Shown in pieces: positions 1-11,044 of a stretch of 64,000 bases of DNA. Each line of letters begins with the position of its first letter. The first letter of the stretch is position 1. This stretch comes from Nitrospirota bacterium (lineage in GTDB: Bacteria > Nitrospirota > Nitrospiria > Nitrospirales > Nitrospiraceae). The translations under genes were made by a program, and so were the position numbers. Location of the stretch: positions 147,039 through 211,038 of the forward strand of contig CAVPGK010000012.1 in the NCBI GenBank assembly GCA_963703955.1, given 5' to 3'. The notes beneath the pieces are model-generated. The model was not told where the DNA came from and did no database searches. It saw nothing but the letters and a program-made list of their open reading frames with translations.

Positions 1-2
1 AC

Positions 3-1739
3 GGGTACAGCGTCGCTGCCACGATCGCCCCACAATGGTTCACGGCCGGAGGGGTGACTCCCGCGGTGTACTTCGACACTTCCGCGGCCATCATTACCCT
101 GATCTTGTTCGGGCGCGTGATGGAAACGCGCGCAAAAGGACGCGCGTCCGAAGCGATCCGCAAGCTGGCCGGCCTTCAGCCGAAAGAAGCGCGGGTCATC
201 CGGAACGGGCGGGAGATGGATATTCCCATTGCGGACGTCGTGGCGGGGGACCTGGTCGTGGTGCGGCCCGGTGAGAAGATCCCGGTGGACGGGATCGTGC
301 GCCACGGCGCCTCGGCCGTGGATGAGTCGATGGTGACCGGTGAAAGCGTGCCGATCGACAAGAAACCAGGCGATGCCGTCATCGGCGCCACACTCAACCG
401 CACCGGCAGCGTCAGAGTCGAAGCCACAGGGGTTGGTCGCGACAGCGCGCTGGCCCGCATCATGAAGATCGTGGAAGAGGCGCAGGCCGCGAAGCCGCCG
501 CTGGCTCGATTGGCGGATCGAATCGCGTCGTATTTTGTTCCGGCCGTCATCGCCGTCGCGGGTCTGACCTTCCTCCTCTGGCTTCTGTTTGGGCCGGAGC
601 CGGCCCTGACCCATGCCGTGATCAATTTTGTCGCGGTGCTGATCATCGCCTGTCCCTGCGCCTTGGGCCTGGCCACCCCGACGTCCATCATGGTCGGCAT
701 CGGAAAAGGAGCCGAGCATGGCATCCTCATTCGAAACGGGATCGCTTTGGAGCGCGCACACCAACTGACCACGGTTGTCCTGGATAAAACCGGGACGCTG
801 ACCCGCGGCCGGATCTCCGTGCGCTCGGTGGTCCCACTCGCGCCGGGCTGGACGTCGGAACGAGTTGTGGCGGTTGCGGCGGCAGTCGAGCGTGGATCGG
901 AACATCCGGTCGGGGCAGCGATCGTTCGGCACGCGCAAGAAGAGTTGCGACTCGCACTCGACGACGCAACCGACTTTCGCGCCGTGCCGGGCCACGGCGT
1001 TCGCGCCACGGTCGGCAGGCTTTCGGTGTCCCTCGGTAATCTGCGCTTGATGGAGACCGATGGGGTCCCGGTCGGTCCCGACGCCGGGGCGACCGCCGAG
1101 AAGCTGGCAGGAGAGGGGCTGACTCCGATGTATATGGCCGTTCGAGAGGCCGGTGAGGAGATCCCTCGACTCGTCGGCGTGGTTGCCGTAGCTGATACGG
1201 TCAAGGATCATTCTCGCGAAGCGGTCGAGTCCTTACACCGGCTCGGCCTCGAGGTGGTGATGCTGACCGGTGATAATCCTCGCACGGCCAAGGCGATTGC
1301 AGATGAGGTCCATATCGACCGCGTCCTGGCCGAGGTTCTTCCCGAACAGAAGGCGCGTGAGATCGCACGGCTGCAGGAGCAGGGTAAGGTCGTGGCTATG
1401 GTCGGCGACGGCATCAATGACGCCCCGGCTCTGGCGCAGGCCGATATCGGGATCGCCATCGGAACGGGCGCCGATGTCGCGATGGAGGCCGCCGATGTGA
1501 CGTTGATCAGCGGAGACCTCCGTGGCGTCGCCACCGCGATCGCGCTCTCGCGCGAGACGACGAAGAATATCAAACAGAACTTGTTTGCCGCCTTCATCTA
1601 TAATATTCTTCTGATCCCAGCGGCCGCTCTCGGATTCCTCAATCCGATTTGGGCCGCGGCGGCGATGGCTCTCTCTTCGGTATCCGTGGTCGGGAACGCG
1701 CTCCGCTTGCGCAGATTCAAACCACCGGCCCATGCCTAG
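3..1739 (+). CDS. copA: Cu(I)-type heavy-metal P1B ATPase, 5' end outside the window
   Basis: Frame open from the window edge; motifs TGES, CPC, DKTGT, SEHP, TGDN, GDGIND, YN and MxxSS. Confidence 0.9.
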   Translation, partial: GYSVAATIAPQWFTAGGVTPAVYFDTSAAIITLILFGRVMETRAKGRASEAIRKLAGLQPKEARVIRNGREMDIPIADVVAGDLVVVRPGEKIPVDGIVRHGASAVDESMVTGESVPIDKKPGDAVIGATLNRTGSVRVEATGVGRDSALARIMKIVEEAQAAKPPLARLADRIASYFVPAVIAVAGLTFLLWLLFGPEPALTHAVINFVAVLIIACPCALGLATPTSIMVGIGKGAEHGILIRNGIALERAHQLTTVVLDKTGTLTRGRISVRSVVPLAPGWTSERVVAVAAAVERGSEHPVGAAIVRHAQEELRLALDDATDFRAVPGHGVRATVGRLSVSLGNLRLMETDGVPVGPDAGATAEKLAGEGLTPMYMAVREAGEEIPRLVGVVAVADTVKDHSREAVESLHRLGLEVVMLTGDNPRTAKAIADEVHIDRVLAEVLPEQKAREIARLQEQGKVVAMVGDGINDAPALAQADIGIAIGTGADVAMEAADVTLISGDLRGVATAIALSRETTKNIKQNLFAAFIYNILLIPAAALGFLNPIWAAAAMALSSVSVVGNALRLRRFKPPAHA

Positions 1740-1824
1740 GATTTCTGCAACGACACAACACGCTTCATCCCCATTCGCTCCGCATTCCAGCAGTGACCGG
1801 ACTGAACCACTGTAGAGGGAGGTC

Positions 1825-3932
1825 ATGAAAAAAATCCTGCTCGGCATGGGCGCGCTGCTGGTTCTTCTTGTCGTCCTGGCCATTCTCCTCCCCTTTATCA
1901 TTGACCTGAACAAGTACCAAGACCGCTATCGCCCGCTGATCGAGGACGCCCTCAACCGGAAAGTCTCCCTCACCGATATGCGGCTCACGATCCTCCCCCG
2001 CCTCGGGGTTCGGATCGCGGGGTTTACGGTCATGGACGATTCCGCCTTCAGCGCCGGCGCCTTCGCCTCCCTGACCGCCTTGGATGTCGGCGTGAAGTTG
2101 TTGCCGTTGTTGACCGGACGCGTCGAGGTCGAAGAAATTACCCTTCAGGACCCGGTGATCACGGTCATCAAGAATCGCCAGGGCGTGCTGAACGTGTCGA
2201 CCTTGGGCGCGACTAGGGCGAGCCGGAGATTCGCGAGCCACAAGTCCCGCCTCCCCCTGCCGAGGAAGGGCCCTTGCGAGCGTTAGCCCTGCTCGCCGTG
2301 GATGAGGTCTCTCTGACTGGCGGCCGCCTGGCGTACGAGGATCACTCTTCCAAGACGCCGACGGAATATCGCATCCACGATCTCAGGGTTCATGTGCATT
2401 CGGTACGACTCGGGGAGACGCCTCGCCTGCACATGGCGGCAACCGTACAACCCTATAACCTTCCGGTCACAATCGACGGCGAGTTCGGGCCGCTTGCTGA
2501 AACGCTGGACCTCAAGGTGATCGATATCGCCATCGCCCTCGGCAAGACCATCCTGGCCATGAAGGGAAGCGTGGTCGGAGGCCATGTGCAACTGGTCCTG
2601 ACCTCTCCGACGATCAACACGGCCGATCTACCCATCACACTCCCGCTGACAAAACCCGTTCAGGTCAAGGATCTTCGGATTGCGACAGAAGGTAGTTATC
2701 CGCCGAAAGAAGGAATCCCGATTGAAAGAGCCGTCGATGTCAAGTCTTTGAATCTTGCCGTCGTGCTCGGCGCATCAGTTGTAGCACTGGAGGGAAGCGC
2801 CGTTGGCGGAGAGGCCAAAATCAAGGCCAGTTCGCCCAGCATCAACTCCGCCGATCTGCCGATCGACCTCCCGCTCACAAAACCGGTTCTCGTGAAGGAT
2901 CTTCTTCTGCAGGCAAAGGCCAAATATCCATTGAGAGAAGGCATCCCGCCGCAAGAGGTGGCGGATGTCACTGCGCTTGATTTCCGAGTTGTGTTGGGAA
3001 ACTCCTCACTCGTGGTCAAAGGCAGCGCGATCGACGGCGATGTCAAATTGACCGCCTCGTCGCCGGCTATCAATACGGCAGACCTGCCTGTCACGCTTCC
3101 CCTTCGGAAGCCGATCGAGGCGAAGAACGTCCGCATGGCGGCCGGCATGAAAGGCTCGGAGGCCCGGCTTCAGAGCTTGGCATTGGACCTGTTCAATGGC
3201 CGGCTCTTCGCGCAGGGAGGTCTCACGATCGGGACCACCAGCCCTCCGTTTGATGGGAACGTCATTCTTGAGAAAGCGCAACTCGGCCCGATCCTCGACG
3301 CCGTGACAGATATGGTGTCGGCCAGCGGCACGGTTGGGCTACAAGCCGTTGTGCGAGGACGCGGCTTTACCATGGCGGAATTGACCAGGTCACTCGCAGG
3401 GACCAGTCACTTCGCCGTCAAAGATGGCAAGCTTGAGGGCGTCAATCTGGTTCAAGATCTGTTGGACACGCTGAAAGCCGCCGGTGTCCGGCGGGAGAAC
3501 GTCAAGGCGACCATCTTTTCCACGGTCGAAGGAGATCTGACGATCAAAGGCGGCCTGGTCAACGTCGACCGCTTGCTGGTGGACAGCCATGACTTTCAGG
3601 CCACAGCCAAGGGGACGGTCGGCTTCGATCAGACCCTAAACCTCAGAGCCAACGTGAATCTGTCCGAGAGCCTCAGCAAACAGATCGCCGGGACATCGCC
3701 GGTCACCAAACTAGCGCTTAGCAAAGGCCGGATGACCGTTCCTCTGATCGTTGCCGGCACTGCTCAGTCACCATCGTACGCGATCGACGGCAAGGCGATC
3801 GGCGCCAAAGTGACGGAACAGGTGAAGGAGCAGGTGAAAGAGGCGGTGGGAGAACTGTTAAAGGGCAAGGATGGTAAAGGTCTGGACCTCGAAAAGGGCG
3901 CGGAGACGCTGAAGAAATTTTTCGGGCAGTAG
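1825..3932 (+). CDS. AsmA-family protein split by a frameshift near 2210-2215 (ORFs 1825..2286 and 2274..3932)
   Basis: N-terminal TM anchor plus AsmA-like start (DLNKYQDRYRPLIEDALNRKV); AsmA C-terminal motifs (GKLEGVNL, GTVGFDQTLNL); second frame reads back to a stop near 2213. Confidence 0.8.
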
Positions 3933-3997
3933 CAGGCCAGGCAGGGCCTGCTCTTGCCCGTTCGACCGGACACGCAGACACGACAGGAGGGAATGGC

Positions 3998-4798
3998 ATG
4001 TCGACGAAAGATCTCACCGTCGATCTTATGGTCCGTTACGGCTTTCAGGTGCTCGGGGCGATTGTCATCGTCGCGGCCGGCGTTTTCTTTGCCAAGTGGA
4101 TCGGCAATGTCGTCCGGCGACGGCTCGAACGCCAGGAGATGGAACCGCCGGTCCGCATGTTGCTCGTGCGCATCGTCCGAGTCGTCGTCCTGCTCCTCAC
4201 CCTCATGGTCGCGCTCGACAAGCTCGGATTTCAGATCGCCCCCCTCATCGCGGGGATCGGCGTGGCCGGGATCGGGATCGGAATCGCGCTTCAAGGCGTG
4301 CTGAGTAACGTCATCGCCGGACTCTCGATCATCTTCACCAAACCGTATCGTGTCGGGGAGCACATTTCGCTCCTCGACGTCCATGGTGACGTCACCGCCA
4401 TCGATATTTTCTCGACCACCCTGATGCATCCAGACAAATCCCGCATCGTCATTCCCAACCGCAAGGTCGTGGGTGAGATCCTTCATAACTTCGGCACCAT
4501 TCGTCAGCTCGACCTACGCGTCGGCGTCTCGTACGGGACCGATTTGGCCAAGGCGTTGGCGATCGTCCGCGACCTGCTTGCTCAAAACCCCCGCGTGCTC
4601 AAGGACCCGTCGCCGCTCGTGGGCGTCTCCGCGTTGGGCGATTCCGCGATCACCATCGCGATCCAACCGTGGGTGGCCGCCCTAGACTATGGCCCCGCGC
4701 AAGCCGAACTCAATCAGTCGGTCATCGAACGATTCCGCACCACCCAGATTGAGATCCCCTTCCCACAGCGCGAGGTCCGCTTGCTGAGGGAAGCCTAG
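3998..4798 (+). CDS. mscS: Small-conductance mechanosensitive channel (MscS family)
   Basis: GIGIGIALQGVLSNVIAG, PYRVGEHI, IPN and IEIPFPQRE motifs; AGGAGG RBS. Confidence 0.88.
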   Translation: MSTKDLTVDLMVRYGFQVLGAIVIVAAGVFFAKWIGNVVRRRLERQEMEPPVRMLLVRIVRVVVLLLTLMVALDKLGFQIAPLIAGIGVAGIGIGIALQGVLSNVIAGLSIIFTKPYRVGEHISLLDVHGDVTAIDIFSTTLMHPDKSRIVIPNRKVVGEILHNFGTIRQLDLRVGVSYGTDLAKALAIVRDLLAQNPRVLKDPSPLVGVSALGDSAITIAIQPWVAALDYGPAQAELNQSVIERFRTTQIEIPFPQREVRLLREA

Positions 4799-4817
4799 TT
4801 GCGACTGATGAGGAGTA

Positions 4818-5174
4818 TTAGCCCGATTGACGGGCCAAGACGCGAAGCGCCTGCTTGGCGGCTTCGGCGACCTGAGGATCGGGGTCGTCACGAAAGCGCC
4901 GGATTGCTCCCTCGAGAGCCTTGTCACCAAGGTCGGCTAAGATTGTCAGAACGATGGTCAGATGACGCCGTTCCGCCATCGCGCTTTCCAAGAGCGGTCT
5001 TGCTTGTCGGCCGGCTCGCGCCAGCAGAATCCCCGCGACACTACGCACGGTCTCGCGACTGTCACCGAGAGCGTCGACCAGAATGCTCCCTCCGGCTCCC
5101 GTTAGGCGCCACAGGAAGTAGACGATAGCCAGACGAACCGTTCCGAGTAGGATCGAGAGCCGATTCCAGCCCAT
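4818..5174 (-). CDS. Small HEAT-repeat-like protein
   Basis: LVDALGD..ETVRSVA and DPDPQVAEAAKQAL HEAT-like motifs; ATG 5 nt after the upstream stop. Confidence 0.6.
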   Translation of the reverse strand: MGWNRLSILLGTVRLAIVYFLWRLTGAGGSILVDALGDSRETVRSVAGILLARAGRQARPLLESAMAERRHLTIVLTILADLGDKALEGAIRRFRDDPDPQVAEAAKQALRVLARQSG

Positions 5175-5179
5175 AGGAG

Positions 5180-6316
5180 TTACAGCATCGACGGCACGTC
5201 GTACTTCTTCCACACTTCTGGGTCATGAGGGGCGCTGTGGTCGAACCAGATGGGAAGGACATGCTCGGTGATCTTCGGGTGCGAAAAACGCTGGCCGCCA
5301 CGATCAGCGAGGATGACCAGATCGGCTCTCACCCGAATCGAGACGACCTTGGATACCTGTGAGAAGTTCGGCAGATACTTCGGAACATGGACCGGGCACG
5401 CGAGCAGAACCAATTCCTTCATCGTGACTCGAGCATCGTGGGACGCGAGCATAGCCACGCTGCCTCCGTGACTATGCGCGAATAGATCAGCCCCTTTCGC
5501 GGATTTTTCCACTAGCCAATCGGCCAGATCCGCTCCTCCCACGCTTCTCGCGGCATCGCTATACCCGCCGGACCATTCGAACCGATCGGGTTCGGAATAG
5601 AGATCCGGTCGAACGGTTGTGAGCAGGTACGTATGAAAATCCCCACCGGGCTGCCACCAACTCTCTGTCCGGGCCCACGTGCCATGAACGAGCAAGCTGG
5701 TTTGCGGCAGGCTGTTCTCCGCCTGAGAAAGGCCCTGTCGGACCAGCTCGAGCAGGCGAGGATGTTCAGGAGCCACCTGCGCGAGCGCTGTGAGCGCGAC
5801 CTCGGCCGTCAGCCGATTCCCGCTGTAGGTGCCTTGCGCGAGAATGGCCAGCAGTTCCCGCGGCTCCGTCGTGAGATCGAAATACGACGCCGCAGCCGCC
5901 ACGCGGGTGAGTTCGTCCGGATCCGAGAGGCAGGCTTCGAGGAGCTGCGCACCGGTTGATTGGCTCGGTGTCTTATGAAAAGCTCGGGCTATTTTCCCGA
6001 CTCGGCGCCGGCGTTCGGACGGCTCCTGAGAGGGCAGTTCGCGCAGGTCACGGCGGGCGCCTTGGATCTCTCTTCGGCTGTAGCGTTCGCCTGACGGCCT
6101 GATCTCCGGAGACCCCAGAACATCCCGATCTTCCTGGGGCATTGCTCGACTCTTTTTCGTACGCTGGGGCGGGAGTGCTTGAAGCGCCGAGCTATCCCCT
6201 CGTATATCCATACCCAAGAGAAGCAATTGTGCGGCTCGCGACAGCACCGCACGCCGAGAAGTCTCTCTAAACGCCCGAGCGCCGGAGGCTGGTTTCTTGA
6301 TCAATTCACTCGGCAT
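5180..6316 (-). CDS. Alpha/beta hydrolase with N-terminal HEAT-like region
   Basis: VHGTW motif, nucleophile elbow AHSHGG, C-terminal Asp/His candidates; LSDPDELTRVAAA HEAT-like segment; start uncertain. Confidence 0.65.
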   Translation of the reverse strand: MPSELIKKPASGARAFRETSRRAVLSRAAQLLLLGMDIRGDSSALQALPPQRTKKSRAMPQEDRDVLGSPEIRPSGERYSRREIQGARRDLRELPSQEPSERRRRVGKIARAFHKTPSQSTGAQLLEACLSDPDELTRVAAAASYFDLTTEPRELLAILAQGTYSGNRLTAEVALTALAQVAPEHPRLLELVRQGLSQAENSLPQTSLLVHGTWARTESWWQPGGDFHTYLLTTVRPDLYSEPDRFEWSGGYSDAARSVGGADLADWLVEKSAKGADLFAHSHGGSVAMLASHDARVTMKELVLLACPVHVPKYLPNFSQVSKVVSIRVRADLVILADRGGQRFSHPKITEHVLPIWFDHSAPHDPEVWKKYDVPSML

Positions 6317-6333
6317 GGCGGCGCCATTATAGC

Positions 6334-7125
6334 TCAAGCCGTTCCAGACTCTTCAAGCAATTCCTTCAAAAGCCGCGCGTTCTTGACTGCGTACCCACGC
6401 GCATCGTTGTTGAAGTAGACGAAGACTTCGATGCGCTCCCGCAGATAGCGCGTCAACTTCTGGGCTTCCTTCGCCAGCTCGTTCTTTGTGTAACTGGACG
6501 CGAATAATTCATTGCGGCCATGGAACCGAACGTACGTCCAGTCGGTCGTCAGCACGTCCTTGCGTGGATAGCGAGGCGAGTCGGCAATGCATAGGGCCGC
6601 GCCATGCCGCTTCAACAGGCGATAGATTTCGTCCGTAAACCACGACTCGTGGCGGAACTCGAAGACGAGCCGAAGGCGGCAATGCTCGGAGGTCCCAACT
6701 TCTATCTCAAGGAATTCGGACAGACGGTCTCTGTCCTTTCGAAAGCTCGGTGGAAACTGCAGCAGAATCGGACCGAGACGGTTCCCCAATGTGAGGGCGT
6801 TGCCGACAAAGGTGCGCCATGCCTCTTCCACGTCAAGCAGCCGCTTCGTGTGGGTCATGAGCCGGCTGGCTTTCACCGAAAAGAGAAACTCATCGGGCAC
6901 TAGCCTGGCCCACTTTGCATAGGTCTGTGGACGAGGAAGATGGTAGAAGGAATAGTTCACCTCCGTGGTGGAAAACTCGCGCGCATAGAACTCGAGATAG
7001 CGCCGACTTGGCAAATCGTCTGGATAGAACGGGCCCTTCCAGCTTGAATAGGTCCACCCGGACGTGCCGATCCAGATGCGCGCTGCTGTCTCACTCTTCC
7101 TTGCTTGATTCGGAGCCGCAGCCAT
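6334..7125 (-). CDS. DUF72 (YecE-like) protein
   Basis: IGTSGW, EVNYSFY, LLQFPPSF, EFRHESW, YVRFHG and YFNN motifs. Confidence 0.9.
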   Translation of the reverse strand: MAAAPNQARKSETAARIWIGTSGWTYSSWKGPFYPDDLPSRRYLEFYAREFSTTEVNYSFYHLPRPQTYAKWARLVPDEFLFSVKASRLMTHTKRLLDVEEAWRTFVGNALTLGNRLGPILLQFPPSFRKDRDRLSEFLEIEVGTSEHCRLRLVFEFRHESWFTDEIYRLLKRHGAALCIADSPRYPRKDVLTTDWTYVRFHGRNELFASSYTKNELAKEAQKLTRYLRERIEVFVYFNNDARGYAVKNARLLKELLEESGTA

Positions 7126-7296
7126 GGTCGGGTGACGCCATCCCTAGGAACTCATGCAACCGACTGAGGAAGACACTCCGGAGAGTGACATCATGAAGTC
7201 GCCGAGATCATGGGGACCTTACCATGAGCAGCACAAACCTCGATACGTTGCAAGGCCGCGCGGTCTCACCCAACCTCCATTTCGCCGCTGCACAAC

Positions 7297-7455
7297 TCAG
7301 ACGAGGTTCTGGTATTCGGGCCGATAGGCCTGCGCCTCAATGAAGGCTCGTACAACCCGCGGTTTCTCCACGCGCGCCAGACCACGCGCGAAGATGACTG
7401 CGGGGGGATACAGCAGCCCGGACTCCAGTTCTTCCGGAGTGACCTGTTCCACCAC
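7297..7455 (-). pseudogene. C-terminal remnant of an NAD-dependent malic enzyme with an internal deletion
   Basis: Manual translation VVEQVTPEELESGLLYPP/AVIFARGLARVEKPRVVRAFIEAQAYRPEYQNLV* resembles malic enzyme C-termini; in-frame stop at 7462-7464 just upstream. Confidence 0.55.
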
Positions 7456-7681
7456 GCAAGATCAACTTGCCCAAGTCAGACAAGAATTCTTGTCGCGACT
7501 GAGCTGACCAGCACGGATCAAACTGGCTGTCAGAGGAAGCTGGATCGGTTCAGAGAAGAATCGTTCTTCTTGGTCGCAGCGGCAGGCCCAAGCGCTGTGT
7601 TCGATCGCTGAAGGTTATCACGATCGGCAGGCGTTCGGTCAATCAGCGGGGTCTCACGGAGGGGAATCTTGGCTTGCCATT

Positions 7682-8074
7682 CTACCTTTGCATCACGGCC
7701 ATGCTTGAGCAGGTGCCTGCTGCCGTGTCCACTGCGCGATCTACAATCTTCACGTCGCGCAGCAGTTCGTGCACGTCCTCCTCTCGCACGATCTCAATAT
7801 CCTGTTGGGCATTCTGCCCCGTTCGTTCCCGCAGCCGATCGCTCATATGCTCCTTGACCAGAACACGAATCTGCTTCGCGAGGTCCGCCCTGGCTACCAG
7901 CTCGGCTACACGCTGGCAGACCACCCGTCCCTTGGACAGATCCCCTTGCCCCACGCCGATGATGTACTTCCCCTCAGAGTAATGGCTCTCGGCTTCAGCC
8001 GCGGAAGCGCTCTCGTCCGAATACCACAGCATGAGCATCGTGAGGAACAGCATTCCGATCCCAAGATTTTTCAT
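7682..8074 (-). CDS. Exported hypothetical protein, LPP20-like
   Basis: MKNLGIGMLFLTML signal peptide; IIGVGQG..AELVARADLAKQIRV; ATG overlaps the upstream TGA (ATGA, 8074-8071). Confidence 0.6.
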   Translation of the reverse strand: MKNLGIGMLFLTMLMLWYSDESASAAEAESHYSEGKYIIGVGQGDLSKGRVVCQRVAELVARADLAKQIRVLVKEHMSDRLRERTGQNAQQDIEIVREEDVHELLRDVKIVDRAVDTAAGTCSSMAVMQR

Positions 8075-9085
8075 CGTCTGCCTCGGGCACGCCCACCGTA
8101 CGATCGAGGCGGCGCGGCGTGTGGGGCGCGAAAAGGTCGATAATACGTCATGGGCGGAGCAGCCGAGGGAACCTGGTGCAAGGTCGGCGGAAGCCGTACT
8201 GGTGGGCGGAAGCGCGGGAAGGGCACGGAAGCAGCAGCGTGCCGAGACACCGGTGCCTGCATGGGTAACACGGGCCGAATCTGCGGTGCAGGACCTGCGG
8301 CTGTAACCGCGGGCACCGGGCGAGCGACGGGGAGCTTGGACCGGGAGCACGCGCTGCAGCACGACCAAGTGTGGATTGGTCGGATAGAGCACCCATGCGC
8401 GACCCCATAGCAGTTGCGCTTGATTGATCCCGATCCACGGTATCGCATAACCGGTCGGTGATCCCACCAGCGCCCAGTCCGTCCATGCCTGCCCGAGCAC
8501 GTCATTCGATTGCACCCGCCTCAGCATGTCCTGGCGCTGTTGCGTCACCAACTGCACCTGCTCGGGCGATGTCGCGGCGGCCAGCTTGGCATTCGTTTCC
8601 TCGAGCTGCTGGTGCAACTCATCCACTTCGGTACGCAGGAGCTGGACCTGCTGTCGCGCGTCTTCGTTTTGGCGCAGGGCGATGACCGCCTGGGTCACTT
8701 CATCGGGATCCACTTGCGCCGTCAGACCGACATGGATCACGACTGTCTCTCCCTCGAGCCACGTGCTGACTCGATGGTCGGTCACCCGCACCACGCCGGC
8801 CGTGTACGTGCGAATCTCATCTCTTGTGATATCAAGGGCATTCGCCACGGTCACACTCTCGACGTAGGTGGCTACCTGTTCGAGGACATTTCGTTTCGCG
8901 GCTTCGGTGGCCAAACGAATCGCGTCTTCTCGGGTGTCCCGGTCGCCCATGCGGTATTCGCCTTCGCCGATCACCGCCTGTAGCGTGGCAGAGACCGAAG
9001 AGGGGATGGAACACGTCATGAGGGGGATGACGACAAGAAGGATGAGAACGAGAGGGGCGCGGGTGCGAAGCGTGAACAGACCCAT
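8071..9085 (-). CDS. Exported hypothetical protein (LPP20/FlgT-N-like domain, coiled coil, Pro-rich tail), frameshifted near 8330
   Basis: Signal peptide; GEGEYRMGDRDTREDAIRLATEAAKRNVLEQ; Pro-rich tail lies in the 8071..8505 frame and ends at the ATGA overlap. Confidence 0.6.
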
Positions 9086-9163
9086 GGTCAGCCTCTCCCG
9101 TGGGTTAGCGGACGCTTATATTTTACTCTAGTCTCATCAGCAATTGACAGTAGGTGTATTCCA

Positions 9164-10840
9164 TCAGCTCGACTCCAATCGGACGAGGATGCCTTCTTCC
9201 GGTCCCAGTCTGACCGCCAGCGGATCGAAGCGGCTGCCGGAAGACGCCGGGTCTGTCGAGAGAAGAATAACGCCGGTTCGCTTCACGGTACTCAGGCCAA
9301 ACCGTTGGGTTTCTCCGCTGAAGTTGACCGCGATGAGCATGCACTCGCCCATCCCATCCGGCGTGGACTCCTCGCGGAGGTAGATCACGCAATCGAGTGG
9401 CCCGCCCTCTATTTCCTGGTAACGACCGACTGTCAAGGCGGGGGACGCCTTCCTGAAGTGAATGAGCCGGCGATAGAGAGACAGAAGCGAATGCGGATCT
9501 TGGCTTTCGCGCCCCCAATTGACGGACCGGTAATCAGGCGAGACCGGCAACCACGGCGCGCCGCTCGTGAATCCTGCCTGTGGCGTCTCATCCCACTGCA
9601 TCGGAGTCCGGGCGGGATCGCGCCCTGTGAAAAACGGCCAATAGCGGCGCGTATAGGGATCGTGAAGCTGGCCGTAGCGCAAGCGGACGTCGCGCATGCC
9701 TATTTCTTCGCCGTAATAAAGAAACGGTGTGCCGCGCAGTGTGAGCAGCAAGAGCGCCGCCGCGCGCGCCCGCCGCGCCGTCGTGTTCGGATTTCGGGGC
9801 CTGCCGTACCGCGTGTAATGACGCGACTGGTCGTGGTTGCTCAGCACCTGCGTTGGCCACCCGCCCGGTGGGACCGCCCGATCCCAGTCACGAATGAGTC
9901 GCCGGAACCCATTAGCGCCCCAGCGGGATTTCAGCAGCTTGAAGTTGAAGACCAGGTGCAACTCATCCGAGCCAGTGCCGTAGAAGGCCGCCGGTCCGCC
10001 CGGGGTGTCCGAGGACGCCTCGCCGACCAGCACGGCGTCGGGATACTCTTTCAGCAGGGCACGCAGCGCGCGCAACGCTTCATGGGTCATCGGCAAGTCG
10101 CGGTCATAGAGGTGAATCTGCCGCTGATACGACCGCAACCCTACCCGCCTAGGATTATTCGGCCAGGTGACGTCTTTTCCGATCCAATTGATGGCGTCCA
10201 GGCGAAACCCGTCTACGCCGCGATCGAGCCAAAACCGGACGGCCTCGAAGATCGCCTGGCGGACCTCCGGATTCCGCCAATTCAAATCCGGCTGCTCTGT
10301 GAGAAACGAGTGCAGATAATACTGCCCTGTCGCCCTGTCCCACTCCCAGGCCGATCCCCCGAACACCGCGCTCCAGTTGCTCGGGCGACCGCCGTCCGGT
10401 CCCGGGTCGGCCCAGAGGTACCAATCCCGCTTCGCCGATCGGCGAGAGGATCGGGATTCCAGAAACCACGGATGCTGATCCGATGTGTGGTTGAGGACCA
10501 AGTCCATGAGAAGGCGAATGCCGCGCCGGTGCGCCGCATGAAGCAAGCGATCGAAATCGGCCAGAGTCCCGAAGCGCGGATCGACGTTACAATAATCGGC
10601 GACGTCATAACCGAAGTCTCTCATCGGGGAAGGATAAATGGGCGAGAGCCAGATGGCATCGATGCCCAGGGATGTCGGCGAGCCGTCGTTGAGCGAATCC
10701 AGCCGGCTGATGATTCCCGGAAGATCGCCGATGCCATCCCCGTTGGAGTCCTGAAAACTCCACGGATAGATTTGATAGATAACCGCGCGCTGCCACCAGA
10801 GCGGATCGCGCGCCAGTCCGTTCCTCGTTTCTTCCTTCAT
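9164..10840 (-). CDS. GH13 alpha-glucosidase / oligo-1,6-glucosidase family
   Basis: YQIYPWSFQDSNGDGIGDL, DLVLNHTS, GFRLDAI, VGE, SNHD and YYGEEIGM motifs. Confidence 0.92.
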   Translation of the reverse strand: MKEETRNGLARDPLWWQRAVIYQIYPWSFQDSNGDGIGDLPGIISRLDSLNDGSPTSLGIDAIWLSPIYPSPMRDFGYDVADYCNVDPRFGTLADFDRLLHAAHRRGIRLLMDLVLNHTSDQHPWFLESRSSRRSAKRDWYLWADPGPDGGRPSNWSAVFGGSAWEWDRATGQYYLHSFLTEQPDLNWRNPEVRQAIFEAVRFWLDRGVDGFRLDAINWIGKDVTWPNNPRRVGLRSYQRQIHLYDRDLPMTHEALRALRALLKEYPDAVLVGEASSDTPGGPAAFYGTGSDELHLVFNFKLLKSRWGANGFRRLIRDWDRAVPPGGWPTQVLSNHDQSRHYTRYGRPRNPNTTARRARAAALLLLTLRGTPFLYYGEEIGMRDVRLRYGQLHDPYTRRYWPFFTGRDPARTPMQWDETPQAGFTSGAPWLPVSPDYRSVNWGRESQDPHSLLSLYRRLIHFRKASPALTVGRYQEIEGGPLDCVIYLREESTPDGMGECMLIAVNFSGETQRFGLSTVKRTGVILLSTDPASSGSRFDPLAVRLGPEEGILVRLESS

Positions 10841-11044
10841 CTATTTACCCTTCGCGTGACCTTCACCCATAACTATACCAAGGTTCCGAGAGAGCGCGCC
10901 TTAGGTGGTCCCCGCCCGGCAGTCCGGGGACAGCTCGGCATCGAAACCTGTTCGGTGCTGTTCATGAAAAGTCGGGAGAAAAGGGCGATGGCGAGATCAA
11001 GCCATTGGGGAAAGTGGTTACGCTAGGAGGACTCGGACACTCGA

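Noticed and set aside
9305..11026. 573-aa + strand ORF
   Set aside because: Antisense shadow of the GH13 gene in GC-rich DNA; no motifs
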